The translations under genes were made by a program, and so were the position numbers. DNA of 42,796 nt from Candidatus Uhrbacteria bacterium CG_4_10_14_3_um_filter_41_21 (lineage in GTDB: Bacteria > Patescibacteriota > Patescibacteriia > UBA9934), in NCBI GenBank assembly GCA_002782865.1, contig PFJC01000046.1, forward strand, positions 1 to 42,796. The letters are read 5' to 3'. This document shows, one piece after another, positions 19,432 through 29,340 of this stretch; position 1 is the first letter of the stretch; every line of letters starts with the position of its first letter. Under the pieces are notes generated by a model. The model had not been told where the DNA came from. It did no database searches and saw only the letters and a program-made list of their open reading frames with translations.

Positions 19432-20286
19432 ATGAAAATTATAATTACTGGCGCACAAGGAATGCTAGGCCAACAACTAGTTGAGGTTTTTAAAAATGCT
19501 GGGCATGAAGTGATTTCAGCCAAGCGTCAAGATTTAGATATTACAAACAAGGATCAAGTTTTGAGTTTTGTCCAAAATCAGAAACCCGATGTTATTATCA
19601 ATGCTGCTGCTTATAACTTTGTTGATAAAGTTGAGGATGCAGAATTTTATCCACTTGCTTTAGCAATTAACGCTGACGGTCCTCGGAATCTGGCTTTAGC
19701 CGCAAGGGAGAACGGCGCATTGGTAGTGCATTACAGTAGTGATTATGTTTTTGAGGGCACAAAACAGGATGGATACGATGAAAATGATGAACCGCGACCA
19801 ATCTCAAAATATGGCCAGACAAAGCTTGAAGGTGAGAAGGCAATACAAGAATCAACTGATAATTATTATATTTGTAGAACGGCAAAGATTTTTGGAGCCC
19901 CAGGATCGGGTAGCAATATAAAAGAATCTTTTCCATCTTTGATGTTGCAAATCGCTAAAGAAAAACCAGAGCTGAAGATAGTGGATGAGGAATTTGGGTC
20001 TCCGACTTATGTTGTAGACATTGCCCAAGCTACTTTAGAGATGATTAAAGATAGTGTCCCAAGCGGGATTTATCATTTGGTGAACGAAGGCGAGCCAGTA
20101 ACTTGGTATGGATTTGCTAAGGAAGTTTTTGATATAGCTGGCGTTACTACACCTTACAATCCGATTTCAAGTTCGGAGTTTAATCCTCGTCCAGCTGCCA
20201 GGCCGGTAAATTCAAGTTTAAAAAATACAAAGTGGAAAAAACTGCGCCCTCGACTTGAAGCGTTGCGAGAATTTTTGGAAAAATAG
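19432..20286 (+). CDS. rfbD: dTDP-4-dehydrorhamnose reductase
   Basis: TGAQGMLG, SSDYVF, YGQTK, GSPTY, AARP. Confidence 0.95.
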   Translation: MKIIITGAQGMLGQQLVEVFKNAGHEVISAKRQDLDITNKDQVLSFVQNQKPDVIINAAAYNFVDKVEDAEFYPLALAINADGPRNLALAARENGALVVHYSSDYVFEGTKQDGYDENDEPRPISKYGQTKLEGEKAIQESTDNYYICRTAKIFGAPGSGSNIKESFPSLMLQIAKEKPELKIVDEEFGSPTYVVDIAQATLEMIKDSVPSGIYHLVNEGEPVTWYGFAKEVFDIAGVTTPYNPISSSEFNPRPAARPVNSSLKNTKWKKLRPRLEALREFLEK

Positions 20287-20389
20287 ATGTTAGATCTGAA
20301 ATTGACAAAAACCTACCAATTTTGGGATTTAAATAAATTTCTTATATTTTCGGTCTACACTTTTAGTGCGATCAGGCTAAAATCTCGAC

Positions 20390-20415
20390 TGTTAAATGAC
20401 GATCGTTATTTAACA
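20390..20415. repeat. Isolated 26-nt near-perfect palindrome between convergent genes
   Basis: TGTTAAATGACGATCGTTATTTAACA (one G/T pair, no loop). Confidence 0.6.
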
Positions 20416-20436
20416 TCCATTATTAAATTGTTAGTT

Positions 20437-20871
20437 TTACTCAAATTTTTTGTAACACACTCCTTCTAGATAACAAGATACTCCGCGCTCGCTGGCGTCA
20501 AAATGGGGCACTGGCAGATTGTTTGGATGAGCCCATTGCCAGCTTTCACATTTTTCCGGTTCTAAATTTTGCAGATCACCATCAAAATCGCGTACAAATA
20601 AGATGATTGAAATGTAATGCTGCCCAGATTCTTTAAATGTTTCTAAATTATTTGTGACAGCAATTACTTTTGGATCACGGATATTTAAGTTTGTTTCTTC
20701 TTTTATTTCCCGAGTAGCGGCACTCTCGAATGTCTCTCCAAGTTCTAAATGGCCACCGGGAATTGAGTAATATGGAGCAAGGCTATTCAAGCGTTTTCCA
20801 ATCAAAATTTTACCTTCGTTGTTTTCAATTATCACTCCTACCCCGACTTTTGGCTGATTTGAGTCTGCCAT
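20437..20871 (-). CDS. Nudix hydrolase (NUDT15/MutT-like)
   Basis: PKVGVGV, PGGHLELGETFESAATREIKEET, EPEKCESW. Confidence 0.9.
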   Translation of the reverse strand: MADSNQPKVGVGVIIENNEGKILIGKRLNSLAPYYSIPGGHLELGETFESAATREIKEETNLNIRDPKVIAVTNNLETFKESGQHYISIILFVRDFDGDLQNLEPEKCESWQWAHPNNLPVPHFDASERGVSCYLEGVCYKKFE

Positions 20872-20872
20872 A

Positions 20873-22237
20873 TTAAAGTGAAATAAAAGGTTTTATAAGT
20901 TCTAATTTATATAAACCGTAGGATCCGTTTTGAAAAGCGTAATAATAAAGCATTTGACCATCGCTTGCCACCCAAGCGGTTTTTATTTCATCAACTCCAC
21001 TAACCAGCGTAAAGTTTTTTCTAGAGTCGCCGGCATTATAATGTTCATGGGCGACAATTTTTGTTTCAAGTTGGAATAAGATACTGGTAGCCGATGAATG
21101 CCATAGTAATGATTCAATCCTGTCACCTTGGCGAGTAATAAATTGATTGGTGTGCGGTCCTGGGTCGTAAACATTAACCTCGTAACCGTCGCTATAAACT
21201 AAAAGATTTTTGCTCTCAGTCCAGTCGTAAATAGAAGCCTTTGTTTCAAGCAGTATTGGAATTTCCGCGTGAATATCAAGTAAAATCAATCGTTCGTTAT
21301 CATCGGTTAAAAGCATATAAGAACCATCGCGTTCGGCAATTGTGTAGTTTGACCTTGGTAGAAGCGCTAAAAGAGTTGGTTCGCCATCAATAAGTTGCAT
21401 TAACTCAGTAAAACTACCGTCATCAAAAAAGTTTAAAATGCTGGCATCGAGCGAAATTGAATTTTCGTCTGTGTTTTTGATTATTTTTGATGATTTTGAG
21501 GAAAGATTGATTTCCTCAAGCCCAGTTTCTGAGGCAAGGAATATAGTATTACCGTCGCTTGGATGCCAAAAAGTAGAATCAACAGTTTCAGTTTGTTCAA
21601 TATCTAAATTAATTTCTGTGCCAGATTTTGCAAAAATACTTAGCCCAATTTCATAATTATAAACTGATAAAAATTCACTGTTAGTTGACCACTTTATTTC
21701 TGTGACAATGTCTGATGTTAATCTTTGGGCGATCATTTTATGCTCTTCAGATTTTAGATCATACAACCAAACTTCTTCCCAATCTTCTTCTATGGCTGTG
21801 TAGGCAATCAAGCTTCCGTCTGGACTAGGCACAAATGATTCAGCTTCTTTGTTAAATAACATTTCTGGTTCAGAATCAAGAAAGAGCAAAATTGTGTTCA
21901 TTATAGAAGTTGCACCGCTGAACACTTTTACCTCGCCACTCCAGGAAAGATAACCATCTTTTTCTAAACGCACAGAGTATGTGTCCGGCATTAATCTTTT
22001 AACAACTGTTGGGGTTTTACTTTTCTGTAACTCGTCATTGACAAAGATACTGACACTACGCGGATCGGTCGCAATTGAAATAACACCGGTTCTTAAAATT
22101 TGACCGCTTGCGATGTTGTATCTATAACCTGAGGTATATAAAACTAAAAGAGGTGAAGAAACAGCAAATATTGAAACAAATATCCAAAAAATGGATCGGC
22201 GTAAAGTGCGGTTCATTGCTTTTACTTTATTTGGCAT
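20873..22237 (-). CDS. PEGA-domain protein with C-terminal beta-propeller-like repeats, membrane anchored
   Basis: TM followed by 'YTSGYRY'; PEGA motif (TP..LMPDTYSVRLEKDGY); SPDG/W repeats; extended -10 TGCTATAAT just upstream of ATG 22237. Confidence 0.75.
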   Translation of the reverse strand: MPNKVKAMNRTLRRSIFWIFVSIFAVSSPLLVLYTSGYRYNIASGQILRTGVISIATDPRSVSIFVNDELQKSKTPTVVKRLMPDTYSVRLEKDGYLSWSGEVKVFSGATSIMNTILLFLDSEPEMLFNKEAESFVPSPDGSLIAYTAIEEDWEEVWLYDLKSEEHKMIAQRLTSDIVTEIKWSTNSEFLSVYNYEIGLSIFAKSGTEINLDIEQTETVDSTFWHPSDGNTIFLASETGLEEINLSSKSSKIIKNTDENSISLDASILNFFDDGSFTELMQLIDGEPTLLALLPRSNYTIAERDGSYMLLTDDNERLILLDIHAEIPILLETKASIYDWTESKNLLVYSDGYEVNVYDPGPHTNQFITRQGDRIESLLWHSSATSILFQLETKIVAHEHYNAGDSRKNFTLVSGVDEIKTAWVASDGQMLYYYAFQNGSYGLYKLELIKPFISL

Positions 22238-22315
22238 AGGGGGATTATAGCATGATCTGTCAGCCGGTAGGGAGGTAGGTGGGTAGATAAAAGTATGATA
22301 GAATAATTTCATCTT

Positions 22316-23551
22316 ATGAACAAAATTACAGATTTTATCAAGAATAGAATTACTATTGGAGGCGCTATTATTAGTCTAGCTTCAATTTTAGTAGTTTTTT
22401 CTCTTGGTTTTTTAGCGGGAAACGCTAACGGAATTAAGGTTGCAGGTGAGCAAGGTAGTAGCAGCGCTTTAAGTCAATTTAGACTATTCTCAAGATCAGA
22501 AAGTGTTGATTTTGGAATGTTTTGGGATGTTTGGGATTTAACCAAAGATTTATATTACAAAGACATCACAGACGAGGAAATGCTTAATGGAGCAATCTCC
22601 GGGATTGTTGAATCACTAGATGATCCCTATTCAGTCTATTTTACGCCAGAGGAGGCAGAAGAATTTAATTCTGATTTAAGTGGTACTTTCTCTGGCATTG
22701 GTGCCGAAATTGGAAAAGAAGATGATTATGTGGTTGTCATTGCACCGCTAAGCGGTAGTCCAGCTGAAGGAGCGGGACTTATGATTGGTGATTATATTTT
22801 AAAAGTTGATGGTGCTGACATGATTGGCGCTTCTGTAAACGAAGCAGTCAGTATGATTCGGGGTGAGGAAGGAACAGATGTTGTTTTAACAATTGCTCGC
22901 GACGGCGTTGACGAACTTTTTGACATTACAATTACTCGTGGTGAAATTAATGTTGACAGTGTCACCTGGAAAATACAGGATGACGGAGTGGCGGTTGTAG
23001 AAATTTCAATGTTTAATGACGATACAACCGATCTTTTTCGCCAAGCTGTTCAAGAAATTACTTCTGCCGGCACAACGCAGATGATTATTGATTTACGCGG
23101 TAATCCAGGTGGACTTTTAACCGAAGCTATAAATATCGCGGGATTTTGGATAGACGGTGCCACAGTAGTACAAGAAAAAGTGGGAGATGAAGTCCAGGGC
23201 TTTTCAGCCGGGGGCATTGCCTGGCTAAAAGATATTGAAACTGTCGTGTTGGTTGACGGCGGTTCGGCGTCAGCCTCGGAGATTTTGGCCGGTGCTTTGC
23301 AAGATTATGGCGTAGCTACAGTGATTGGCGAGCAAACTTACGGTAAAGGTTCGGTCCAGGAATATTATGAGTTTGATAGTGGTGCAGCTGTAAAAATTAC
23401 TACCGCTGAATGGTTAACTCCAAAAGGTAGATCGATTCATAAAGTTGGAATCACACCAGACATTATTGTCGAATATACATTAGAAGATTATGAGGCTGGT
23501 AAAACACCACAGCTCGACGCGGCGTTCGATTACCTCGAGGCGTCCCGCTAA
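22316..23551 (+). CDS. ctpA: C-terminal processing protease, S41 family with PDZ domain
   Basis: LDDPYS, FSGIG, DLRGNPGG, SASASEI, TYGKGSVQ. Confidence 0.93.
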   Translation: MNKITDFIKNRITIGGAIISLASILVVFSLGFLAGNANGIKVAGEQGSSSALSQFRLFSRSESVDFGMFWDVWDLTKDLYYKDITDEEMLNGAISGIVESLDDPYSVYFTPEEAEEFNSDLSGTFSGIGAEIGKEDDYVVVIAPLSGSPAEGAGLMIGDYILKVDGADMIGASVNEAVSMIRGEEGTDVVLTIARDGVDELFDITITRGEINVDSVTWKIQDDGVAVVEISMFNDDTTDLFRQAVQEITSAGTTQMIIDLRGNPGGLLTEAINIAGFWIDGATVVQEKVGDEVQGFSAGGIAWLKDIETVVLVDGGSASASEILAGALQDYGVATVIGEQTYGKGSVQEYYEFDSGAAVKITTAEWLTPKGRSIHKVGITPDIIVEYTLEDYEAGKTPQLDAAFDYLEASR

Positions 23552-24017
23552 TACTCAAAAACATAAAACAGAGGTTTCGGCCGGTGGTTTAGTTTTTAAA
23601 AAAACCGGCAACGGTATTATGATTGCCATGTTAAAAGATTCATATGGCAAATGGACATTCCCTAAGGGTCATGTGGAAAAAGGGGAATCGTATATCAAAG
23701 CGGCTGCGCGTGAGATAGAAGAAGAAATGAGTTTAAAAGATCTTCGTCCAGCTGGTAAGCTTGGCGTAATTGATATTTGGTTTCGTGATCGGTTCGAAGA
23801 AAAAGGCGTGTTGATTCATAAATATATCCATTACTTTTTGTTTAAGGTGGATTCCAAGGCATTGCTTGTAAAACCAAAGATTAAAGAAAAAGGCGAGCAA
23901 ATTAGTGCAGTTAAATGGATTTCTATTTCTGAGATAGAAAAACAATCAAGTTATAAAGATATGCGTCCGATTGTTGGATTGGCGTTTAAGAAACTCAATT
24001 TTGACAGGAAAAAGTGA
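23490..24017 (+). CDS. Nudix hydrolase (Ap4A hydrolase-like)
   Basis: SAGGLVF, WTFPKGHVEKGESYIKAAAREIEEE; overlaps ctpA by 62 nt. Confidence 0.85.
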   Translation: MRLVKHHSSTRRSITSRRPANTQKHKTEVSAGGLVFKKTGNGIMIAMLKDSYGKWTFPKGHVEKGESYIKAAAREIEEEMSLKDLRPAGKLGVIDIWFRDRFEEKGVLIHKYIHYFLFKVDSKALLVKPKIKEKGEQISAVKWISISEIEKQSSYKDMRPIVGLAFKKLNFDRKK

Positions 24018-24037
24018 GCAGGTTAAACTAATGGCGT

Positions 24038-24475
24038 ATGAAATTGATTTTACTGGAGGATGTAAAAAATTTAGGTCGTGAGGGCGATATTGTCGAAGTG
24101 AGCGAAGGTTATGCTCGCAATTTCTTGTTCCCTCAACATTTGGCAGTCGAGGCAACTCCGCAAGCGATTGAGCAAAAAAAAGAGCGTGAGCAATCTGCGG
24201 TTCGTAAAATAAAAAAGGCTGATAAGGAGGCTCAAAAAATTGTCCACAGCGTTGACGGAGTGGAAGCGGTTGTTAAAGTAAAGGCAAATAAAGGCAAGCT
24301 TTACGCGGCAGTTACTGATAAAGATGTGCTAGTAGCACTTAAAGAGCAAGGATTTAAACTTCCTAAAGAAGCAGAAGTTGAGTTCTCACCAAAGAAAGAA
24401 ATTGGCACCAGCGACGCCACAGTGTCCATTGGTGACTACGAAGCTGGAATCACTGTCACTATCGAGGAAAAATAA
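24038..24475 (+). CDS. rplI: 50S ribosomal protein L9
   Basis: [27 protein letters not shown]. Confidence 0.96.
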   Translation: MKLILLEDVKNLGREGDIVEVSEGYARNFLFPQHLAVEATPQAIEQKKEREQSAVRKIKKADKEAQKIVHSVDGVEAVVKVKANKGKLYAAVTDKDVLVALKEQGFKLPKEAEVEFSPKKEIGTSDATVSIGDYEAGITVTIEEK

Positions 24476-24477
24476 CC

Positions 24478-24500
24478 AAACCGCCCCTCGGGGCGGTTTT
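24478..24500 (+). terminator. Rho-independent terminator after rplI
   Basis: AAACCGCCCC-TC-GGGGCGGTTTT. Confidence 0.75.
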
Positions 24501-24514
24501 AAGATTAGAAAATT

Positions 24515-26140
24515 ATGAACCACAAGTATTTATTCATCGTCGGCGGAGTTATGAGCGGAGTTGGAAAAGGAACTTCTAGCGCTGCGCTCGGGCTAACCCT
24601 TAAATCAAAAGGTTACGATGTTACGGCAATTAAGATCGACCCTTATGTAAATCTTGATGCTGGAACAATGAACCCGGTTGAACACGGTGAGGTTTTTGTG
24701 ACAGTTGATGGTGATGAAACAGATCAGGATGTTGGTACATATGAAAGGTATCTTGAAATTGAAATCAGGAAGATAAATTATATGACAACTGGTCGGGTTT
24801 ATCAGTCAGTAATTGAGCGTGAACGAAATTTAGAATACGGTGGAAAATGTGTAGAAGTTGTTCCTGATGTTCCAGAAGAAGTTATAAGAAGAATCAAATT
24901 AGCGTCTGACGAAGCTAAGTCTGATATTACAATAATCGAGGTTGGAGGCACGGTTGGTGAATATCAAAATGTTCTTTTTTTAGAGGCTGCTCGAATGATG
25001 CAAGTAGAAGATCCGGACGGAGTGAGGTTCGCAATGGTTAGTTATCTTCCAGTACCACAGTCAATTGGGGAAATGAAAACAAAACCAACTCAGTATGCTG
25101 TTAGAACATTAAATGCCGCTGGAATCAGGCCAGACTTTATTATTGGCCGTTCGTCTCTGCCGATGGACAAGCCTCGCAAAGAAAAGATAGCGCGATTTTG
25201 TTCAGTGCCTTGGGATCATATTATCGGTGCAGTTGATGTTAAGTCTATTTATGATATTCCTCGTGTTTTTGAAGAACAAAATTTTGCTGGTTTGATTTTA
25301 GAGAGTTTTGGACTTGAAAATAGATCTTCAGAACTTGGTCGTTGGAATGAATTTACTGACAAGATTACAAACGCGACAACTGAAATAAAAATCGGTGTGA
25401 TTGGAAAATATTTTTCAACGGGAGACTTTGTCTTGTCTGATGCTTATATCTCAGTACTTGAAGCAATCAAGCACGCAGCTGCAGAAAACATAGTGAAGGC
25501 AAAAGTAGATTGGTTAAACTCCGAAGAGTATGAGAAAGATCCAGTTAAGATTTCAGAGCTGTCAGATTATAATGGACTTCTAATTCCTGGTGGATTTGGA
25601 TCGCGAGGTATTGAGGGGAAGATTAAAGTTATTGAATATGCCCGCACAAATAATATTCCTTACTTAGGTTTGTGTTACGGAATGCAATGTGCAGTGATAG
25701 AGTTTGCTCGCAATGAGCTTGGCTGGAAGGATGCTCACACAACTGAAATCGACGAAAAGACTTCACATCCAGTTATCCATATAATGCAAGATCAAAAGAA
25801 AAAAATGGAAGAAGAAGACTATGGCGGAACAATGCGACTCGGTTCCTACGACTGTCACTTAGCAGAAGGTACTATTTCGCGCCAAGCTTATGGCCAGTCA
25901 GACATTAGCGAACGCCATCGCCATCGTTACGAGTTTAATAATGATTATCGAAAAGAGCTTGAAGATGCCGGATTGGTAATAGCAGGAGTTAATCCAACAC
26001 AAGACTTGGTTGAGATTGTGGAAATTAAAGGTCATCCATTTTTTGTAGGTGTACAATTTCATCCAGAATTTCAATCAAGGCCACTTAGCCCACATCCGCT
26101 GTTTGTAAACTTCATTAAGGCGGCAAAGGAGAAAAAATAA
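24515..26140 (+). CDS. pyrG: CTP synthase
   Basis: GGVMSGVGKG, KIDPYVN, KTKPTQ, GLCYGMQ, ERHRHRYE, QFHPE. Confidence 0.97.
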   Translation: MNHKYLFIVGGVMSGVGKGTSSAALGLTLKSKGYDVTAIKIDPYVNLDAGTMNPVEHGEVFVTVDGDETDQDVGTYERYLEIEIRKINYMTTGRVYQSVIERERNLEYGGKCVEVVPDVPEEVIRRIKLASDEAKSDITIIEVGGTVGEYQNVLFLEAARMMQVEDPDGVRFAMVSYLPVPQSIGEMKTKPTQYAVRTLNAAGIRPDFIIGRSSLPMDKPRKEKIARFCSVPWDHIIGAVDVKSIYDIPRVFEEQNFAGLILESFGLENRSSELGRWNEFTDKITNATTEIKIGVIGKYFSTGDFVLSDAYISVLEAIKHAAAENIVKAKVDWLNSEEYEKDPVKISELSDYNGLLIPGGFGSRGIEGKIKVIEYARTNNIPYLGLCYGMQCAVIEFARNELGWKDAHTTEIDEKTSHPVIHIMQDQKKKMEEEDYGGTMRLGSYDCHLAEGTISRQAYGQSDISERHRHRYEFNNDYRKELEDAGLVIAGVNPTQDLVEIVEIKGHPFFVGVQFHPEFQSRPLSPHPLFVNFIKAAKEKK

Positions 26141-26148
26141 GATTTTAA

Positions 26149-26174
26149 AAAACCACCCCTGAGGGGGCGGTTTT
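26149..26174. terminator. Bidirectional terminator between pyrG and rpmA
   Basis: AAAACCACCCCT-GA-GGGGGCGGTTTT. Confidence 0.7.
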
Positions 26175-26207
26175 GTTTGGTTTCCGGTCTCCTGTCTCTG
26201 GCCACCA

Positions 26208-26480
26208 TTACACCACACTTACAAAAGTTTTTTGTTTTAGTTTTCCGGTAAAGTTTGGCATAATTTTTTTACTGAATTTAACTTTCCCTTCTTGCATTGC
26301 GAAAATGGTGAAGTCTCTTCCGAGTCCAACGCCTTTTCCTGGATGATATTTTGTACCGCGCTGTCTGATGATAATCTGTCCGGATTTTACTACTTCACCG
26401 TCAGATTTTTTAAGACCCAGTCGCTTAGCAATGGAATCGCGACCGTTACTTGTAGATCCTTGCGCTTTCTTATGTGCCAT
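26208..26480 (-). CDS. rpmA: 50S ribosomal protein L27
   Basis: [27 protein letters not shown]. Confidence 0.97.
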   Translation of the reverse strand: MAHKKAQGSTSNGRDSIAKRLGLKKSDGEVVKSGQIIIRQRGTKYHPGKGVGLGRDFTIFAMQEGKVKFSKKIMPNFTGKLKQKTFVSVV

Positions 26481-26488
26481 ATATGCTC

Positions 26489-26611
26489 GATTTTTCCCAA
26501 ATTAGCGATCTTTCGTTTCACAGGTCTCTGTCATTACCTCACCGTACATTATCGGTACGCCTCGGTGCTGACATCTCGTTTAACGAAATCTCATCAAATT
26601 TGTAAAAAGTC
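26489..26611 (-). other. Long imperfect inverted repeat in the rpmA 5' leader (MITE-like or structured leader)
   Basis: Outer arms GATTTTTCCCAAATT..TTTCGTT / AACGAAA..AATTTGTAAAAAGTC; inner TGTCA/TGACA and CGTAC/GTACG stems. Confidence 0.55.
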
Positions 26612-26661
26612 CATTTTGCTTATGCAACTGTTACTACCAAAGCTCTTTAATTAACGTCAGA

Positions 26662-26690
26662 AGTGTAGCGGATTAGCGTTTTTTCGTCAA
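26662..26690 (-). promoter_or_regulatory. sigma70-like promoter for rpmA
   Basis: TTGACG-17 nt-TACACT on the minus strand. Confidence 0.65.
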
Positions 26691-26734
26691 GTCCACAGAT
26701 TGAATTATGATAGAAATGGAGGTATGATAGTCCT

Positions 26735-27124
26735 ATGAAAAAGCTTTCAGAATTAAGGTCGGCAATCAAGCATATGTTTGCCAAGCGATTTTTTCGCATA
26801 ACTGCAGGTCTTTCTTTAGTTTTTTTCCTTCTGTCAGTCATTCTTCCGCTTTGGCAATTACTCCCAGAAATCAAAGAACAGGTCGCTATTCCTCTTCACT
26901 ATAATATCCATTTTGGCGTAGATCTTTATGGTGTCTGGTGGCGGGTTTTTACAATCCCACTAATTGGATTTATCATTTTAGTTTTGAATTATATTGTGGC
27001 TGGAATAATGTGGCCAAAGGATAAGGTCATCAGTTATTTTTTGTGGACAGCAACCGCAGTGTCCGAATTTATTTTATTAGTCGGAATTACATTTGTTGTA
27101 CTTTTGAATCTTACATATATTTAA
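26735..27124 (+). CDS. Small 3-TM membrane protein upstream of mraY
   Basis: IPLHYNIHFGVD motif and hydrophobic helices; GGAGG ribosome site upstream. Confidence 0.75.
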   Translation: MKKLSELRSAIKHMFAKRFFRITAGLSLVFFLLSVILPLWQLLPEIKEQVAIPLHYNIHFGVDLYGVWWRVFTIPLIGFIILVLNYIVAGIMWPKDKVISYFLWTATAVSEFILLVGITFVVLLNLTYI

Positions 27125-27127
27125 AAT

Positions 27128-28183
27128 ATGCTTGAACCATTTTTGATCGGTAAAATCCTAATGCTATCAACACTGTCCTTTGTGGTCGCTATTTTATGGA
27201 CTCCGGCCTTAACCCATTTTTTATATAAACATAAACTTGGAAAATCTTTGCGTAGCAAAAAACAGGCTCCAATTTTTTATAAACTTCACGAAAAAAAAGC
27301 TGGCACTCCTACAATGGGAGGCGTTTTAATTTGGGTAACGGTTTTGGCAATGGCTTTGTTCTTTTATTTTATTGATATTTCGGATCTCGCCGAAACAGTA
27401 GGAAGAATGAACTTTTTAACTCGTGGACAAACTCTTTTGCCACTTGGAGTTTTAGTGGCTGCTGGACTGGTAGGTTTGGTCGATGATTTTTTAAATGTAA
27501 AACATATCGGTAAAAATGGTGGAGGGATTGATATTAGACACAGACTTGTTTTGTATCTTGGAATTGCGATTGTTGGTGCTTGGTGGTTTTACGAAAAATT
27601 AGACTGGGACTTGCTCCATGTTCCGTTTATCGGTTCGTTTAACATTGGCTGGTGGTATGTTCCACTTTTTATTTTAGTGATTGTAGGAACATCATTTTCT
27701 GTTAATCAAACAGACGGGCTTGATGGATTGGCTGGCGGAACATTAGTACCCGCTTTTGGAGTTTTCGCATTTATTGCTGCGATTCAAGGTCGCTTTGAAT
27801 TGGCTGCTTTTTGTGGAGTAATCATGGGAGCATTGCTAGCATTTTTGTGGCTCAATATTTACCCGGCTAGATTTATCATGGGTGACACTGGCGCAATGTC
27901 GCTTGGAGTAACGCTTGGAGTGGTTGCCATGCTCACCAATATGGCTCTACTACTTCCAATTATTGGTTTAGTTTTTGTAATTGAAGCATTAACTACAATC
28001 ATTCAAATTGTTTCAAAAAAAGTTTTTAAGAGAAAAGTTTTCAAGGTAGCTCCAATCCATCATCACTACGAGGCCGAGGGCTGGCCGGAACCAAAGGTTG
28101 TAATGCGTTTTTGGGTTGTATCTTGGATTACAGCTATGCTAGGGATTATTTTGTTCTTGTTGGATTTCGCGTTAACGGGGTAG
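27128..28183 (+). CDS. mraY: Phospho-N-acetylmuramoyl-pentapeptide transferase
   Basis: KAGTPTMGG, VDD, NQTDGLDGL, MGDTG, APIHHHYE. Confidence 0.96.
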   Translation: MLEPFLIGKILMLSTLSFVVAILWTPALTHFLYKHKLGKSLRSKKQAPIFYKLHEKKAGTPTMGGVLIWVTVLAMALFFYFIDISDLAETVGRMNFLTRGQTLLPLGVLVAAGLVGLVDDFLNVKHIGKNGGGIDIRHRLVLYLGIAIVGAWWFYEKLDWDLLHVPFIGSFNIGWWYVPLFILVIVGTSFSVNQTDGLDGLAGGTLVPAFGVFAFIAAIQGRFELAAFCGVIMGALLAFLWLNIYPARFIMGDTGAMSLGVTLGVVAMLTNMALLLPIIGLVFVIEALTTIIQIVSKKVFKRKVFKVAPIHHHYEAEGWPEPKVVMRFWVVSWITAMLGIILFLLDFALTG

Positions 28184-28246
28184 CTCATAGCTGTTAGCTC
28201 ATAGCTGTTAGAAAAACTAAAAGCTAGTTGCTAAAAGCTAAAAGCT
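28181..28246. repeat. TAGCTNA inverted heptamer array, copy 3
   Basis: tagctcatagctgttagctcatagctgttag-aaaaa-ctaaaagctagttgctaaaagctaaaagct; supplies the mraY stop. Confidence 0.8.
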
Positions 28247-28248
28247 TT

Positions 28249-29340
28249 GTGCTATCAAAACCATCTGACAAATCATTTTTATTTTTTGTGCTAGGCATGA
28301 CCATCTTTGGCCTTGCTATTTTGGCTTCAGCTTCCAGTCCGCTAGGTTATGAGCGTTTTGCTGATAGTTATTATTATTTAAAACATCAATTAACTCTTGG
28401 TGTATTGCCTGGAATTGTGGCAATGCTTATTTTTGCTAAAATTCCGTATCAGTCATATCGCAAGTATGCAACAGCAATGCTGGCTGTTTCAATCGGGCTT
28501 TTGATTTTAGTTTTTGTACCAGGCATTGGAACTGATTTTGGAACATTTGCCCACAGCTGGGTTCAGTTTGGTAGTTATTCATTTCAGCCGGCCGAGATTG
28601 CAAAGCTAACTTTTTTAATTTATCTAGCTGCTTGGTTAGAGCAAAGATCAGATGATTTAAAAACTTGGGAAACTGGGCTTTTGCCGTTTTTAGCGGCGCT
28701 GGGGATAATTTCGATTTTAATGTTACTTCAGCCTGACTTAGGAACTCTTTCAATTATCGTGGCCATTGCCTTTATTATGTATTTTGTGGCCGGCGGGAAT
28801 GTCACCCATTTAATTGGACTCGGCGTGATGGCCTTTGGTGCTTTTATAGTGTCAATTAAAATGTCACCCTATAGGTTTGAGCGTTTTACAACTTTTTTGC
28901 ATCCCGAGTTAGACCCACGGGGAATTGGATATCAAATAAACCAGGCTTTGCTTGCAATTGGATCTGGTGGATTTTTTGGAAGAGGCTATGGCCATTCACT
29001 CCAGAAGTTTCAATATTTACCAGAAGTTGTCGGGGATTCAATTTTTGCCGTTATGAGCGAGGAGCTTGGTTTTATTTTTACTGCCGCCTTTGTGATATTA
29101 TTTTTATTGATGTTACTTCGAGGAATCAAAATCGCAGAAAATTCAACTGATAATTTTGGTAAGTATTTGGTAATCGGCATAATCGCCTGGTTTGGTGTGC
29201 AGGCATTTGTGAACATTGGCGCAATTGTGGGACTGATGCCACTGACCGGTGTGCCGCTTCCATTTCTTAGTTACGGCGGAACTGCTCTCACGGTTTCACT
29301 TGCAGCGGCCGGAATTGTTATGAATGTTTCAAGAAAATAG
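28249..29340 (+). CDS. ftsW: SEDS peptidoglycan polymerase FtsW
   Basis: SFQPAEIAK, QPDLG, GYQ..Q.L.AIGSGG, GVPLPFLSYGG; GTG 28249 chosen because the upstream part is repeat. Confidence 0.92.
   Translation: MLSKPSDKSFLFFVLGMTIFGLAILASASSPLGYERFADSYYYLKHQLTLGVLPGIVAMLIFAKIPYQSYRKYATAMLAVSIGLLILVFVPGIGTDFGTFAHSWVQFGSYSFQPAEIAKLTFLIYLAAWLEQRSDDLKTWETGLLPFLAALGIISILMLLQPDLGTLSIIVAIAFIMYFVAGGNVTHLIGLGVMAFGAFIVSIKMSPYRFERFTTFLHPELDPRGIGYQINQALLAIGSGGFFGRGYGHSLQKFQYLPEVVGDSIFAVMSEELGFIFTAAFVILFLLMLLRGIKIAENSTDNFGKYLVIGIIAWFGVQAFVNIGAIVGLMPLTGVPLPFLSYGGTALTVSLAAAGIVMNVSRK

Noticed and set aside
20287-20469. 60-aa ORF after rfbD
   Set aside because: No motif, spans a palindrome and overlaps the convergent Nudix stop
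22257-22275. Degenerate CCTG..GCCGG..AGG-type palindrome between divergent PEGA and ctpA genes
   Set aside because: Single, heavily mismatched copy in this window
26292-26874. ORFs 26292-26654 (+) and 26647-26874 (-)
   Set aside because: Antisense shadows of rpmA and the 26735 gene
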